Source of the DNA: an uncultured Actinomycetes bacterium
GTDB taxonomy: Bacteria > Actinomycetota > Actinomycetes > S36-B12 > UBA5976
NCBI GenBank assembly: GCA_903892635.1
Contig: CAITJH010000037.1
Location: 1 to 52,281, forward strand
DNA: 52,281 nucleotides
Direction: 5' to 3'
The number at the start of each line of letters is the position of its first letter. Position 1 is the stretch's first letter. The position numbers were made by a program, and so were the translations under genes. This document shows positions 9,406 to 19,936 of the stretch, one piece after another. The notes beneath the pieces are model-generated. The model had not been told where the DNA came from. It saw only the letters and a list, made by a program, of their open reading frames with translations, and did not search any database.

Positions 9406-9758
9406 GGTAGCTCTCGAGTAACACTCACATTTGTGAAATCTGCATCGATCGGAGCATGCGGCTTATTGACTGTGACTAAGACGCGCTGAACTCCCTCACG
9501 AGCCAATACTTTCTGGCCGATGTGATCCGCAAGTTTTTCTATCAGGTCAAATCGTTCTTGTGTCACCGACGTGACGACATCTTCAGCAATTAACGCGTAG
9601 TTGATTGTGTCCGCAACATCGTCACTCTTGACCGCTTTATCGAAATTGGTTTCAACGACAACATCAATAATAAATTCTTGGCCATTAACTTTTTCATGCT
9701 CAAGCACACCGTGATAGCCAAAAGCTCGCACTCCGTCGAGATGAATAACATCAGGCAT
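9402..9758 (-). CDS. folB: Dihydroneopterin aldolase
   Basis: GYHGV...E...GQ.F..D, DTINY, LIEKLA, KP.API. Confidence 0.96.
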   Translation of the reverse strand: MPDVIHLDGVRAFGYHGVLEHEKVNGQEFIIDVVVETNFDKAVKSDDVADTINYALIAEDVVTSVTQERFDLIEKLADHIGQKVLAREGVQRVLVTVNKPHAPIDADFTNVSVTRELP

Positions 9759-10608
9759 GGTGGCGTCCTAACCGTTCAACAACTTCAATGGCATCTCTGG
9801 ATGCTCGGACATCATGAACGCGTACTGCCCATGCACCCGCTAATGCGAAATAAGTCGATAGTGCTGTCGTTGCTGCTTCGCGACCAGCCATGTCACGAAG
9901 TTCACCTGAATCATTGGCTAGTAGTTCACCAAGGAATTTCTTGCGCGAAACACCCCACAGCACGGGAAGTTCGAGTTCATCCAGAATTTCAAGTTCTTGA
10001 ATGATTGGCCAATTTTGTTGTGTAGTTTTCGCAAACCCAATACCTGGATCAATCACAATACGATCGCGTGCGATACCCGCATGAACAGCTTGGCTCACTT
10101 GTTCACTAATTTCGGCAGCAACATCCCGAGCTACATCGTCGTACTCCGTGAGTTGTGCCATGACGTTTGAATGGCCACGCCAATGCATAAGAACAAAAGG
10201 CTTTTCAATACTCGCAACATACGGAAGCATCGCAGGATCAGCTTTGCCACCACTAATGTCGTTAACGATTGCTGCACCGCAGTCAACACATGCCTTGGCA
10301 ACTTCGGCACGCATTGTGTCGATGCTGACAACAATGTCATCAGCCACTAATGCTTCTACTACTGGCAATACTCGAGCAAGTTCTTCATCAAGTGAAATTC
10401 GATCTGATCCTGGTCGAGTTGACTCACCACCAATGTCAACAATGTCCGCACCATGATTGGCCATTGCTCGACCGTGCTCGATTGCTATCGATGTGTCGTG
10501 GAAAAGTCCACCATCACTGAAAGAATCAGGAGTGACATTGAGAACACCCATAACCAAAGTGCGATCTAGAGCGCTTAAGTGGCTCGGTAAGCCTTGCGGG
10601 TGAAACAT
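9751..10608 (-). CDS. folP: Dihydropteroate synthase
   Basis: MGVLNVTPDSFSDGG, DIGGESTRPG, DPGIGFAK, SRK.FLG, VRVHDV. Confidence 0.98.
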   Translation of the reverse strand: MFHPQGLPSHLSALDRTLVMGVLNVTPDSFSDGGLFHDTSIAIEHGRAMANHGADIVDIGGESTRPGSDRISLDEELARVLPVVEALVADDIVVSIDTMRAEVAKACVDCGAAIVNDISGGKADPAMLPYVASIEKPFVLMHWRGHSNVMAQLTEYDDVARDVAAEISEQVSQAVHAGIARDRIVIDPGIGFAKTTQQNWPIIQELEILDELELPVLWGVSRKKFLGELLANDSGELRDMAGREAATTALSTYFALAGAWAVRVHDVRASRDAIEVVERLGRHHA

Positions 10609-10613
10609 TCCGA

Positions 10614-11225
10614 CTACTTATTGTTGATCAGTGCCATTGCTTCGCTGCGAGTTGCAGCATCGCGAAGTTGTCCACGAACTGCAGATGTGACAGTAGTTGC
10701 ACCAGGCTTGCGAACGCCACGCATTGACATGCACATGTGTTCGCATTCAATGACAACAATGACACCGCGTGGATTCAAAATCTTGACCATCGCATCAGCG
10801 ATCTGTGTTGTTAAGCGCTCTTGAACTTGTGGACGCTTCGCATACAAATCCACTAGACGCGCAAGCTTTGAAAGCCCTGTGATCTGTCCGGTCTCACTAG
10901 GGATGTATCCAACATGCGCAACACCATGGAATGGAACGAGGTGATGTTCGCATGTTGAATGAACTTCAATATCTTTAACGACAACCATTTCGTCGTGACC
11001 TAAAGAAAACGTTGTGGTCAGAACTTCTTCGGCTGTCATATGCAAGCCACTGAAGATTTCAGCGTATGCCTTGGCCACGCGCTTCGGGGTATCCTGCAAA
11101 CCTTCACGATCTGGGTCATCGCCAATACCGATAAGGATTTCACGAACGGCTGCTTCAATTCGTGCAGCATCAAATGCTGCAATTGCAGGAGGTTCGTTCA
11201 TTTCCTCGATGGGGTTTATGCTCAC
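10614..11225 (-). CDS. folE: GTP cyclohydrolase I
   Basis: [37 protein letters not shown]. Confidence 0.98.
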   Translation of the reverse strand: MSINPIEEMNEPPAIAAFDAARIEAAVREILIGIGDDPDREGLQDTPKRVAKAYAEIFSGLHMTAEEVLTTTFSLGHDEMVVVKDIEVHSTCEHHLVPFHGVAHVGYIPSETGQITGLSKLARLVDLYAKRPQVQERLTTQIADAMVKILNPRGVIVVIECEHMCMSMRGVRKPGATTVTSAVRGQLRDAATRSEAMALINNK

Positions 11226-13183
11226 GCTTCATCCTGAGTTTCAGGTGTGATGTCAACGCCTTGGGTCGACTCAACACTTGCAACTGAGGCAGGAACTTCA
11301 ACCGGTGGACGATCACTTGGTGTGCGTCGGGTTGAGCCAGTCCACGCCGGACGATTTCCGCGACGCTTTAGTGGCTCGAAAATTGTAGCCACCTGTTCAC
11401 GATCCAAGGTTTCTTTGTCAAGAAGCTCAAGTACCAATGCATCGAGTACGTCACGATTTTCCGCAAGGATTTCGTACGCTTCATGGTGAGCAACATCGAT
11501 GAAGCCGCGAACTTCTTCATCGATTGCTGCAGCAACTTCTTCCGAGTAATCGCGCTGGTGACCCATGTCGCGACCAAGGAATACTTCTCCATCAGCCTTG
11601 CCGTAACGAATAGCGCCAAGGCGCTCGGTCATGCCGTATTGCATAACCATCTTGCGCGCTACGGATGTTGCCTTTTCAATGTCGTTACTTGCACCAGTTG
11701 TTGGATCATGGAAAACCATTTCCTCGGCGGCGCGTCCACCCAGCATGTACGCGAGTTGGTCGAGCATCTCGCTTCGAGTGTTTGAATACTTATCTGATTC
11801 CGGAAGAACCATGGTGTAGCCGAGAGCGCGTCCGCGAGGCAAAATCGTAATCTTGTGCACTGGATCAGTATTTGGCAATGCAGCAGCAACAAGAGCATGG
11901 CCACCTTCGTGATACGCAGTAATCAATCGTTCATGATCACTCATCACTCGAGTGCGCTTTTGTGGGCCAGCGATAACACGATCAATAGATTCATCAAGAA
12001 TTGCATTCGTGATGAGCTTCTCGCCATTACGCGCAGTCAACAATGCTGCTTCGTTCAAAACGTTTGCTAGATCTGCGCCAGTGAAGCCAGGTGTACGACG
12101 AGCTACGGCCATCAAGTCCACGTCGTCAGCAATTGGCTTGCCCTTTGCATGAACCTCGAGCACATTTTTACGTCCCACGAGATCTGGAACATCAACCGCG
12201 ATTTGACGATCGAAGCGACCAGGACGCAACAATGCTGGATCAAGAATGTCAGGACGGTTGGTTGCTGCAATCAGAATGACACCAGCGTTGACGTCAAAGC
12301 CATCCATCTCGACCAACATCTGGTTAAGAGTCTGTTCACGTTCGTCGTGACCGCCACCGAGACCGGCGCCACGATGACGACCAACAGCATCAATTTCGTC
12401 GATAAAGATAATGGCTGGAGCATTTGTTTTGGCTTGTTCGAACAAATCGCGTACGCGACTAGCACCAACACCAACAAACATTTCTACGAAGTCAGAACCA
12501 GAGATTGAAAAAAATGGAACACCTGCTTCGCCAGCAACCGCACGAGCAAGCAGAGTCTTTCCAGTTCCAGGAGGTCCATAAAGAAGGACACCCTTTGGAA
12601 TTTTCGCACCAAGTGCTTGGAATCGCGCAGGTTCCTTCAGGAAGTCTTTGATTTCATGAAGTTCTTCAACGGCCTCGTCCGCGCCAGCAACATCAGCAAA
12701 AGTTGTCTGGGGCATATCTTTAGTAATCATCTTGGCTTTGGATTTACCAAAGGACATGATGCGGCCGCCGCCTTGCATTTGGCCCATGAAGAAGAATAAA
12801 AGTCCGAGTAGGAAAACTACTGGAAGGAACGACATCAGCAAGCTCGTCAGAAGAGACTCGTGCGGCACAACAACGTTGTAGCCACCAGTTAGACCGCCGC
12901 TTGCGTGCTGCTTGTCTAGCATCGTGACAAGTTCAGGGCCCTGACCATCAACGTAGTCCGAAATGACCTTTGTGTTGTCTTTCAAGGTGAGTTGAAGTGT
13001 CTGATCCTTATCAACCAAGATCGCAGACTTTGCTTCGCCAGCCTGAAGATGCTGAATGGTTTGCCATGTATCGATCTTTTTGACCGAATTGGAACCAGTC
13101 AGCACATTGCTGCCAACGAGCATGACGCCGATTGCGATGCCGATCCACATCAGTGGAGAGCGGAACAAGTTCTTGATTTTCAT
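11222..13183 (-). CDS. ftsH: ATP-dependent zinc metalloprotease FtsH
   Basis: Two TMs, [23 protein letters not shown]. Start moved to the ATG at 13183 (MKIKNLF); the ORF track extends to 13285. Confidence 0.98.
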   Translation of the reverse strand: MKIKNLFRSPLMWIGIAIGVMLVGSNVLTGSNSVKKIDTWQTIQHLQAGEAKSAILVDKDQTLQLTLKDNTKVISDYVDGQGPELVTMLDKQHASGGLTGGYNVVVPHESLLTSLLMSFLPVVFLLGLLFFFMGQMQGGGRIMSFGKSKAKMITKDMPQTTFADVAGADEAVEELHEIKDFLKEPARFQALGAKIPKGVLLYGPPGTGKTLLARAVAGEAGVPFFSISGSDFVEMFVGVGASRVRDLFEQAKTNAPAIIFIDEIDAVGRHRGAGLGGGHDEREQTLNQMLVEMDGFDVNAGVILIAATNRPDILDPALLRPGRFDRQIAVDVPDLVGRKNVLEVHAKGKPIADDVDLMAVARRTPGFTGADLANVLNEAALLTARNGEKLITNAILDESIDRVIAGPQKRTRVMSDHERLITAYHEGGHALVAAALPNTDPVHKITILPRGRALGYTMVLPESDKYSNTRSEMLDQLAYMLGGRAAEEMVFHDPTTGASNDIEKATSVARKMVMQYGMTERLGAIRYGKADGEVFLGRDMGHQRDYSEEVAAAIDEEVRGFIDVAHHEAYEILAENRDVLDALVLELLDKETLDREQVATIFEPLKRRGNRPAWTGSTRRTPSDRPPVEVPASVASVESTQGVDITPETQDEA

Positions 13184-13335
13184 AAGTAGTGAAATAACTC
13201 CCAAACGAGTACGAATTATTACGGTACTACCCATCACCAACAAGCGCGAAACCATTTCGTTGCTGGTGAACGGCACAAAATGCACTTAGAGCGGAAATCA
13301 CCTATTCATAAGGGTTTTTTGCCTATTGTGTAAGG

Positions 13336-13629
13336 GTGATCTTCAAGGCAGTTTTGGACGCTCGTCCCTACCCCGAACCAACGCTGACCAGCGAGCAATG
13401 GGGTGAACTAGCTCCACGCCAGATCCGACTCTCGGATTTATCCACTATCCGAAGCACCTTGGATTTGAACTTGCTCTTGGCGAGCGACTCCACCTTCTTT
13501 GGCGACCTCTTCGCACACGTTGTTCGCTACAACGGACAGCTGTATTTAGAGGATGGGTTGCATCGTGCAGTTCGAGCGGCGCTGCAAGGCCGTACCTCAT
13601 TGCATGCGCGGGTTCACGAAATTCTCTAA
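13336..13629 (+). CDS. Conserved small actinobacterial protein with a ParB/Srx-like DGxHR motif (family I recall being auto-annotated as a VapB antitoxin)
   Basis: MIFK....RPYP, PRQ.RL..L, DSTF.GD...HVV...G.LYLEDGLHRA.RAAL. TATTGT lies 6 nt before the GTG. Confidence 0.75.
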   Translation: MIFKAVLDARPYPEPTLTSEQWGELAPRQIRLSDLSTIRSTLDLNLLLASDSTFFGDLFAHVVRYNGQLYLEDGLHRAVRAALQGRTSLHARVHEIL

Positions 13630-14369
13630 AGTCGTCCGGCTTCGTGCACGCGCTTAAGAAACTCTTTTGTTTGCGGTAACTGCGGATCAGAAATTACTTG
13701 TGTTGCTGAGCCGCGTTCAACGATGCGACCTGATTCCAAGAAACACACTTCATCAGCAACTTGCGTAGCAAATCCCATTTCATGAGTTGCTAAAACCATT
13801 GTCATTCCGTCTTGCTTCAAGTCCCGAACGATAGACAAGACTTCATTAACTAAAACAGGGTCGAGCGCTGATGTCACTTCATCAAGAAGCAATACTCGAG
13901 GTCGAACTGCGATGGATCGAATAATTGCAACACGTTGTTGTTGCCCACCCGAAAGGCGATCAGGAAACTGATTGGCCTTGTCTGCTAATCCAAAACGCGT
14001 CAATAGTTCGATTGCCTTGTGCCGAGCTTCATCTTTTTCAAGACCGTGAACTTTAATCGGTGACAAAGTGATGTTATCGAGCACTGTCATGTGTGGAAAA
14101 AGATTAAAGGACTGGAACACCATTCCAAGTCGGCGACGAACAACATCTACATCGATGTGAGGATCAGAAATTTCTTCACCGTCCAAATGGATGGAACCAT
14201 CGTCGATTTCATCGAGCAAATTTATGCATCGCAACAACGTCGATTTTCCAGAACCCGAGGCACCGATGAGAACCGTCGCGGTATGTTCTGGAACTGAAAG
14301 CGATAAATCTTCGAGAACAACTTCGGAACCAAAACATTTACGAACATTATTTACTTCTAGAACGTTCAT
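13626..14369 (-). CDS. Polar amino acid ABC transporter ATP-binding protein
   Basis: GASGSGKS, VFQSFNLFPH, LSGGQQQR, LLDE.TSALDP, THEM.FA. Confidence 0.95.
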   Translation of the reverse strand: MNVLEVNNVRKCFGSEVVLEDLSLSVPEHTATVLIGASGSGKSTLLRCINLLDEIDDGSIHLDGEEISDPHIDVDVVRRRLGMVFQSFNLFPHMTVLDNITLSPIKVHGLEKDEARHKAIELLTRFGLADKANQFPDRLSGGQQQRVAIIRSIAVRPRVLLLDEVTSALDPVLVNEVLSIVRDLKQDGMTMVLATHEMGFATQVADEVCFLESGRIVERGSATQVISDPQLPQTKEFLKRVHEAGRL

Positions 14370-15259
14370 GCCGCACCTTGAGCATTCTGTCGCGCAATTG
14401 AGCGAAGCAAAGTGCGATCTGTGTATCGCGTTAGTGGAATCGTGATGCAGAGAAATAGAACTGAAGCAACAACGTACGGCGTGTAGTTGAAGGTTCGCGA
14501 TGCTTCAATTTGCGCAGCGCGAACCGCGTCAATCACGCCCAAGATTGATACCAATCCTGTGTCCTTCAATAATGCAACTAAGTCATTGAGTAGTGGCGGG
14601 ATCACACGCTTGACTGCTTGCGGCAAAACTACATAACGCAGAGTTTGAGACTGACTCAAACCAAGTGATCGAGCGGCGGCGCGCTGACTCGGGTGAACAG
14701 ACAGAATGCCACTTCGCAAAACTTCGGCAACGTACGCAGAATAGGTCAAGACAACAGCAATCGTTCCCAAGACAAGAACGCTTGATGTTAGGCCATGAAT
14801 ACGAAGTGCTGGAACACCGAAACCGATCAGCAAAATGACAAGCAGCAGCGGGACACCGCGAAAAATATCTACGTAGACCGTTGCCAAAATTCGAAAAGGT
14901 GTCAGAGCTGCGGATCGCGAAGTTCGAAGTAATGCCAATGTCATGGCAATAATTCCAATTGCAATCGAAGCAATTATCGTCAACATGATGTTGGTCAAAA
15001 TTCCGCGAGCTACGAGATGTAAAACTTTGCGACCATAGGACAAGTCAAAGAACGTTTCTTTAACGACTGTGAATCCAGGTGATGTCACTACAGCAATAAC
15101 GAGAGCTCCAAGAACAACAACTGATGACAGTGTTGCGATCGCAATACGTTTACGAGCTAGTGATTTGCGTTGAGCAATGCGCTCGATCTCGCGTTGACTC
15201 GGAGACCACGACAAAGCCCGACCCACAGAAGCGTGGATCGGGCCGTCGTTGGTATTCAT
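14366..15259 (-). CDS. Polar amino acid ABC transporter permease
   Basis: FRGVPLL, SAYVAEV.RSGI, AARSLGL, LPQA, KDT.L. Start set at the ATG at 15259. Confidence 0.93.
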   Translation of the reverse strand: MNTNDGPIHASVGRALSWSPSQREIERIAQRKSLARKRIAIATLSSVVVLGALVIAVVTSPGFTVVKETFFDLSYGRKVLHLVARGILTNIMLTIIASIAIGIIAMTLALLRTSRSAALTPFRILATVYVDIFRGVPLLLVILLIGFGVPALRIHGLTSSVLVLGTIAVVLTYSAYVAEVLRSGILSVHPSQRAAARSLGLSQSQTLRYVVLPQAVKRVIPPLLNDLVALLKDTGLVSILGVIDAVRAAQIEASRTFNYTPYVVASVLFLCITIPLTRYTDRTLLRSIARQNAQGAA

Positions 15260-15276
15260 GGTGTTAATTACACCAG

Positions 15277-16140
15277 TTACTTCAGTACAGGCGCACCTGC
15301 GGATGCACCTAGCCACTTATCAGCAAGTGCAGCAAGGGTTCCGTCAGCCTTGAGAGCGTCAACTGCCTTTGATACACAAGCGGTCAATGGGCTGTCCTTG
15401 GCTAGCAAGAGACCGAAGTTGTCACCTGTGCTGGTTGCAGGAAGTTGACCGACGATAACGCCGTTATCAATTTCTGCGGCTGTTAGGTAAAACGCTGTCG
15501 GAAGGTCGACAACGATTCCATCAATCTGACCGTTCTTTAGCGCAGCAACAGCAGCGGCATTGTCGTTAAATACTGATGGTGTCGCACCGATTTGGCTGGT
15601 GATGATGTCAACAGCAGTAGTTCCAACGCCAGCACCAAGCTTTGCGCCCTTGAGTTCGGCAAGTGTGGTTGCGCTAGCAATCTTGCTGCCCTTGATACTT
15701 ACAACTGCTTGTGGAGTTGTGTAGTAAGGGCTTGAGAAGTCAACAGCCTTTTTGCGATCGTCAGTGATTGTGTACTGCTGCAAGTTGAAATCGAAAGTCT
15801 TTGGACCTGGTGTGATTGCACCATCGAATGTGGTGCGTACCCATGTGACATCGGCATTGGCGTAACCAAGCTTGGTCGCAACAGCATAAGCAACTGCTGA
15901 TTCGAATCCGTTACCTGATTCTGGCTTGTCATCTTCTACCCATGGTGAATATGCAGGCTGACCAGTAGCAACAGTAAGTTTTCCTGCGGTCAAAGTCGTA
16001 AGACTTGCCTTGGTGCAGTCGCTAGCAGCTGATGCGCTTGCAGTTGTTGATGCGGTTGTTGATCCACATGCAGCCAATAGCGCAGCGGTTGCAGCAATTG
16101 CGAAGGCTGCCTTGTGTGTTTTGGTGAACTTCACGTTCAT
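15277..16140 (-). CDS. Amino acid ABC transporter substrate-binding lipoprotein (SBP family 3)
   Basis: Lipobox LAA|C, PAYSPW, GFE, ITDDRKKAVDFS.PYY; RBS AAGGAG. Confidence 0.93.
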   Translation of the reverse strand: MNVKFTKTHKAAFAIAATAALLAACGSTTASTTASASAASDCTKASLTTLTAGKLTVATGQPAYSPWVEDDKPESGNGFESAVAYAVATKLGYANADVTWVRTTFDGAITPGPKTFDFNLQQYTITDDRKKAVDFSSPYYTTPQAVVSIKGSKIASATTLAELKGAKLGAGVGTTAVDIITSQIGATPSVFNDNAAAVAALKNGQIDGIVVDLPTAFYLTAAEIDNGVIVGQLPATSTGDNFGLLLAKDSPLTACVSKAVDALKADGTLAALADKWLGASAGAPVLK

Positions 16141-16198
16141 CTCCTTGTATTACATCGTGCATGTTCCAACATGGTTGGCCCATGTGGGCCCAGTGTGG

Positions 16199-16308
16199 AC
16201 CCGCGCTTGCCACTGTTGTGGCCTGGTCTTCTCCGGGGGCACCCCATCGCGGTTTGCAAGGGTTGCCGGATAGCTAGCCGGGACTTGAAGCTATCGCTCT
16301 TGACCTGA
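16199..16308 (-). ncRNA. SAM-IV riboswitch
   Basis: The minus strand reads GGUCAAGAG-CGAUAGC-UUCAAGUCCCGGCUA-GCUAU-CC-GGCAACC-CUUGCAAACCGCGAUGGGGUGCC-CCCGG-AGAA-GACC-AGGCC-ACAACAGU-GGC-AA-GCGCGG. This has the GAG, GGCAACC and GGUGCC core, P1 GGUC/GACC, and the complementarities CCGG/CCGG and CCGCG/CGCGG typical of SAM-IV pseudoknots. It lies directly upstream of the SBP gene. Confidence 0.9.
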
Positions 16309-16373
16309 TGGACAGCCTAGCAATTGGCACAGGTGTTGGAAAATCGGCCAACAGTAAGTGCAAGACTTATGCA

Positions 16374-16832
16374 GTGAACACTCATCAATATGACGAGGTC
16401 ATGGGGCAGGCCCTGGACCTAGCCCGTCACGCCCAAAACGCTGGCGATGTCCCAGTTGGCGCGCTCGTGTTGGATTCTGATGGTGCGGTTATTGGCACTG
16501 GATACAACACCCGCGAGGTTGACGGTGATCCGATGTCGCACGCTGAAGTTGTTGCAATGCGCGAGGCGGCCAGAGCGCTGGGCTCTTGGCGGCTCGATAA
16601 TTACACACTCGTTGTCACACTTGAACCGTGCACCATGTGTGCTGGCACTGCAGTACAGGCTCGCGTTGCAACAATCGTTTTTGGAGCCTTTGACGAAAAG
16701 GCTGGTGCTGTTGGATCGCTATGGGATGTCGTTCGAGATCGCAGACTTCCCCACCGACCACAGGTTGTCAGTGGAGTTCGCGCAGATGAATGCGCAACTG
16801 TATTGAGTGATTTCTTTAAGAATCAACGCTAG
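16374..16832 (+). CDS. tadA: tRNA adenosine(34) deaminase
   Basis: DVPVGA, HAE, TLEPCTMC, FF...R. Likely GTG start at 16374; the ORF-track extension overlaps the riboswitch promoter region. Confidence 0.93.
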   Translation: MNTHQYDEVMGQALDLARHAQNAGDVPVGALVLDSDGAVIGTGYNTREVDGDPMSHAEVVAMREAARALGSWRLDNYTLVVTLEPCTMCAGTAVQARVATIVFGAFDEKAGAVGSLWDVVRDRRLPHRPQVVSGVRADECATVLSDFFKNQR

Positions 16833-16880
16833 TTCTTCCTGCATTTCGCAGGACCTTTAAATGTCGGTAAAGTTGTCAAC

Positions 16881-16970
16881 GGTGTCGTGTCCGAGCGGCC
16901 AAAGGAGCACGCCTCGAAAGCGTGTGAGGGTGCAAGCCCTCCGTGGGTTCAAATCCCACCGGCACCGCCA
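16881..16970 (+). tRNA. tRNA-Ser(CGA)
   Basis: Acceptor GGTGTCG/CGGCACC, anticodon arm CACGC-CT-CGA-AA-GCGTG, long variable arm GAGGG-TGCAAG-CCCTC, GTTCAAATC, encoded GCCA end. Confidence 0.96.
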
Positions 16971-17006
16971 TTTGAAATTTGCGTTCAGCAAATTAATTTC
17001 AATGAG

Positions 17007-18398
17007 CTACAACCCCTTGACTGCTGCCACTACTTTGGTCAACGATTCCTTTGCATCGCCAAATAACAGTGAAGTCTTTGGATCGAAGAGAACTTCGTTT
17101 TCAATTCCTGCGAATCCCGGACGCATCGAACGTTTCAAGAACACCACTTGCGCTGCCTGATCCACATTCAGAATTGGCATTCCATAAATCGGTGCTGATG
17201 GGTCATTGCGTGCGGCGGGGTTAACAACGTCATTTGCGCCAACTACAAGTGCTACATCAGTTTCAGCGAACTCTGGATTAATTTCATCCATTTCCTTGAG
17301 TTGTTCATACGGCACATTAGCCTCTGCCAACAACACATTCATATGTCCAGGCATGCGACCAGCAACCGGGTGAATTGCGTAGTCAACATGAATACCTTTT
17401 GCGCTGAGCAATTCAACGAGTTCTCGGATTGTGTTTTGCGCTTGTGCAACTGCAAGACCATAACCCGGAACGATAATGACCTTGCGGGCATATCCGAGCA
17501 TGATCGCAACATCTTCTGGTGATGCTGACTTCACTGGTCGATCTTCAGAGGTGCCGCTTGCGACGGTCGCTTTTGCTGTGAAGGCGCCGAACAAAGTATT
17601 AGTTAACGGTCGTCCCATCGCTTGAGCCATCATGCGCGTGAGCAACGTACCTGATGCACCAACTAAAGTTCCAGCAACGATTAATAGAACATTGCCCAAG
17701 ACATAACCTGATGCAGCAACCGACAAACCAGTGAATGCGTTCAACAACGAAATTACGATCGGAACGTCAGCGCCACCAACGGGCAGTACAAGAAGTACAC
17801 CCATTAGCAGCGACAGACCTAACAACGCATATAGCAACGCATCACTTGGATTCACGACGAGCATTACAGCGCTACCTAATGTGGCAATCGCTGCAAGAGA
17901 TGTGATGTAGCGACCTGCTGGAATAACAACTGGACGCGAGGTCATTAACTCTTGCAACTTCATAAAGGTCAGAATCGAACCCGAGAAAGATACCGAGCCT
18001 ACGACCACCGTAAAGACCGTGGCGGCAAGTGATGCAGTCGACTCATCGCTTCCAGCGGACAAGTATTCGATAACTGAAACGACAGCCGCCGCGCCACCGC
18101 CAACACCATTAAATAGCGCAACCATCTGAGGCATTTGAGTCATTTGAACGCGCTTGGCAGCGACCCATCCGATGATGGAACCAATTGCTATTGCGCCAAT
18201 GATTAATGGCAAGTGCTTAACAGGTCCACCAAAGAAATCTTGTCCGTAAAAGAATGCAACGGCCGTGGCGACTGCGGCGCCAGCAGCGCCAAGAAGGTTT
18301 CCTCGACGAGCAGACTTTGGTGATGACAGGCCCTTAAGCGCGAGAATGAAGAGAACAGCAGCTGCAAGTTCCGCAAGGCGAACCCATGTCGGCGTCAT
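17007..18398 (-). CDS. pntB: NAD(P) transhydrogenase subunit beta
   Basis: MPQMVALFNG.GG, GGADVP.VISLLN, VPGYGLAVAQ, HPVAGRMPGHMNVLLAEA, GANDVVNP. Confidence 0.97.
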   Translation of the reverse strand: MTPTWVRLAELAAAVLFILALKGLSSPKSARRGNLLGAAGAAVATAVAFFYGQDFFGGPVKHLPLIIGAIAIGSIIGWVAAKRVQMTQMPQMVALFNGVGGGAAAVVSVIEYLSAGSDESTASLAATVFTVVVGSVSFSGSILTFMKLQELMTSRPVVIPAGRYITSLAAIATLGSAVMLVVNPSDALLYALLGLSLLMGVLLVLPVGGADVPIVISLLNAFTGLSVAASGYVLGNVLLIVAGTLVGASGTLLTRMMAQAMGRPLTNTLFGAFTAKATVASGTSEDRPVKSASPEDVAIMLGYARKVIIVPGYGLAVAQAQNTIRELVELLSAKGIHVDYAIHPVAGRMPGHMNVLLAEANVPYEQLKEMDEINPEFAETDVALVVGANDVVNPAARNDPSAPIYGMPILNVDQAAQVVFLKRSMRPGFAGIENEVLFDPKTSLLFGDAKESLTKVVAAVKGL

Positions 18399-18697
18399 TT
18401 CTTCACCTCGTCTGTATCACGTGGCTTCGGTTTAAACATTTCAAGCATGCGGTCCGTGACGACAAAACCGCCGACCATGTTGATTGATGCAAGAACGATG
18501 GCTGCAAGTCCAAGCCATAATTCGATACCGCCGCTTGCTTTACCCGTGACCAAGATTGCACCGACAAGGACAACGCCGTGAATCGCATTTGCACCCGACA
18601 TCAATGGCGTGTGAAGGACTGCAGATACCTTTGAGACAACCTCGATGCCGACGAAAATACTTAAAATAAAGATTGTTAAAAGCGAAATCGGATCCAT
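18395..18697 (-). CDS. pntAB: NAD(P) transhydrogenase subunit alpha, membrane part (PntAB)
   Basis: LHTPLMSGANAIHG, N.VGGF.VTDRML.MF. Confidence 0.95.
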   Translation of the reverse strand: MDPISLLTIFILSIFVGIEVVSKVSAVLHTPLMSGANAIHGVVLVGAILVTGKASGGIELWLGLAAIVLASINMVGGFVVTDRMLEMFKPKPRDTDEVKK

Positions 18698-18699
18698 GG

Positions 18700-19863
18700 T
18701 TACTCACTCCTTTCTGGAAGTGGGGTTAATCCAAGATGTTCTCGAGCCATGGCATTACGAACTTCGCCATTAAATACAACAGCACTTTCTGCAATGACTT
18801 CATCACTGTCATCAGGAACAATCTGACCGTCACTCGACATCAAAGTTAGAAGTGACACTGCGTTTTGTGCGTATAACTTGCTAGCGTGCACTGCCAACTG
18901 ACTTGGCACATCCTTGCAGCCAATTAGTGTGACATCACCGCCATTCACAGCAATCACAACATTTTCGCCTGCAACCGAACCTTCGACGTTTCCGCCGGTT
19001 TCAGCTGCAAGATCGACAAGTACTGAACCTGGCTTCATTCCAGTGACCATGTCACGTGTCACAAGAAGTGGTGCCTTACGACCAGGTACTGCGGCAGTCG
19101 TGATCACGACATCTGATTCTGAGATGAACGGCTTGAGCGCATCTTGCTGAGCCTTTGCGCGATCCTCATTCATCTCGCGCGCATAGCCACCAGCACCTTC
19201 AAGTGCATCTAGACCAAGATCAATGAATGTCGCACCCATTGACTTCACTTCGTCAGCACTCGAGGAACGAACATCGTAGGCACTCACAACTGCACCTAAT
19301 CGTCGTGCGGTAGCCATAGCTTGCAAGCCTGCGACACCTGCGCCTAGAACAAGTACTTTTGCTGGCGGAATTGTGCCTGCAGCAGTCATCAACATTGGAA
19401 AGAAAGTTGGCATGTGTTCTGCCGCAATAAGTACTGTGCGGTATCCAGAACATAATGCTTGCGAAGTTAAGGCATCCATCGATTGTGCACGCGAGATACG
19501 TGGGACTAAATCAAACGACAGTGCTGTCACCTTGACTTCACTAAGTGCTCGAATTTCATCACTGTTGTGAGCTGGTGATAGAAACGACAAAGTTACTGCA
19601 CCGGATTTAAGTCGAGAGATATTTTCGATTTTTAGTGGGCGCACACTCACAACAACATTTGCTGTAGCAAGCGAATTCTCAACATTTGTTGAAATTGTTG
19701 CACCTGCAGAGACGTATGAAGCATCCGAGTGATTAGTCGACACTCCTGCTCCGCTTTGAACTTCGACAGAGTGATCAAGCTTGATTAACTTTGCGACAGC
19801 TTCGGGGACGAGTCCCACGCGCTTTTCACCATCGTGATGCTCAGCGGGTACGAAGATTTTCAT
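18700..19863 (-). CDS. pntAA: NAD(P) transhydrogenase subunit alpha, soluble part (PntAA)
   Basis: EKRV, PRISRAQSMDALTSQ, GAGVAGLQA, GGYA, DLAAE.GGN. GGAGG RBS before the ATG at 19863. Confidence 0.95.
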   Translation of the reverse strand: MKIFVPAEHHDGEKRVGLVPEAVAKLIKLDHSVEVQSGAGVSTNHSDASYVSAGATISTNVENSLATANVVVSVRPLKIENISRLKSGAVTLSFLSPAHNSDEIRALSEVKVTALSFDLVPRISRAQSMDALTSQALCSGYRTVLIAAEHMPTFFPMLMTAAGTIPPAKVLVLGAGVAGLQAMATARRLGAVVSAYDVRSSSADEVKSMGATFIDLGLDALEGAGGYAREMNEDRAKAQQDALKPFISESDVVITTAAVPGRKAPLLVTRDMVTGMKPGSVLVDLAAETGGNVEGSVAGENVVIAVNGGDVTLIGCKDVPSQLAVHASKLYAQNAVSLLTLMSSDGQIVPDDSDEVIAESAVVFNGEVRNAMAREHLGLTPLPERSE

Positions 19864-19936
19864 CAATACCTCCCTAACGGAGTCCTTCACTGCACTCTAA
19901 GACCACAGTGAGAGACCCGCAATGGGAAAGTTGCTA

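Noticed and set aside
16861-17160. 99-aa ORF after tadA
   Set aside because: It overlaps tRNA-Ser and the 3' end of pntB and has no protein-like features.
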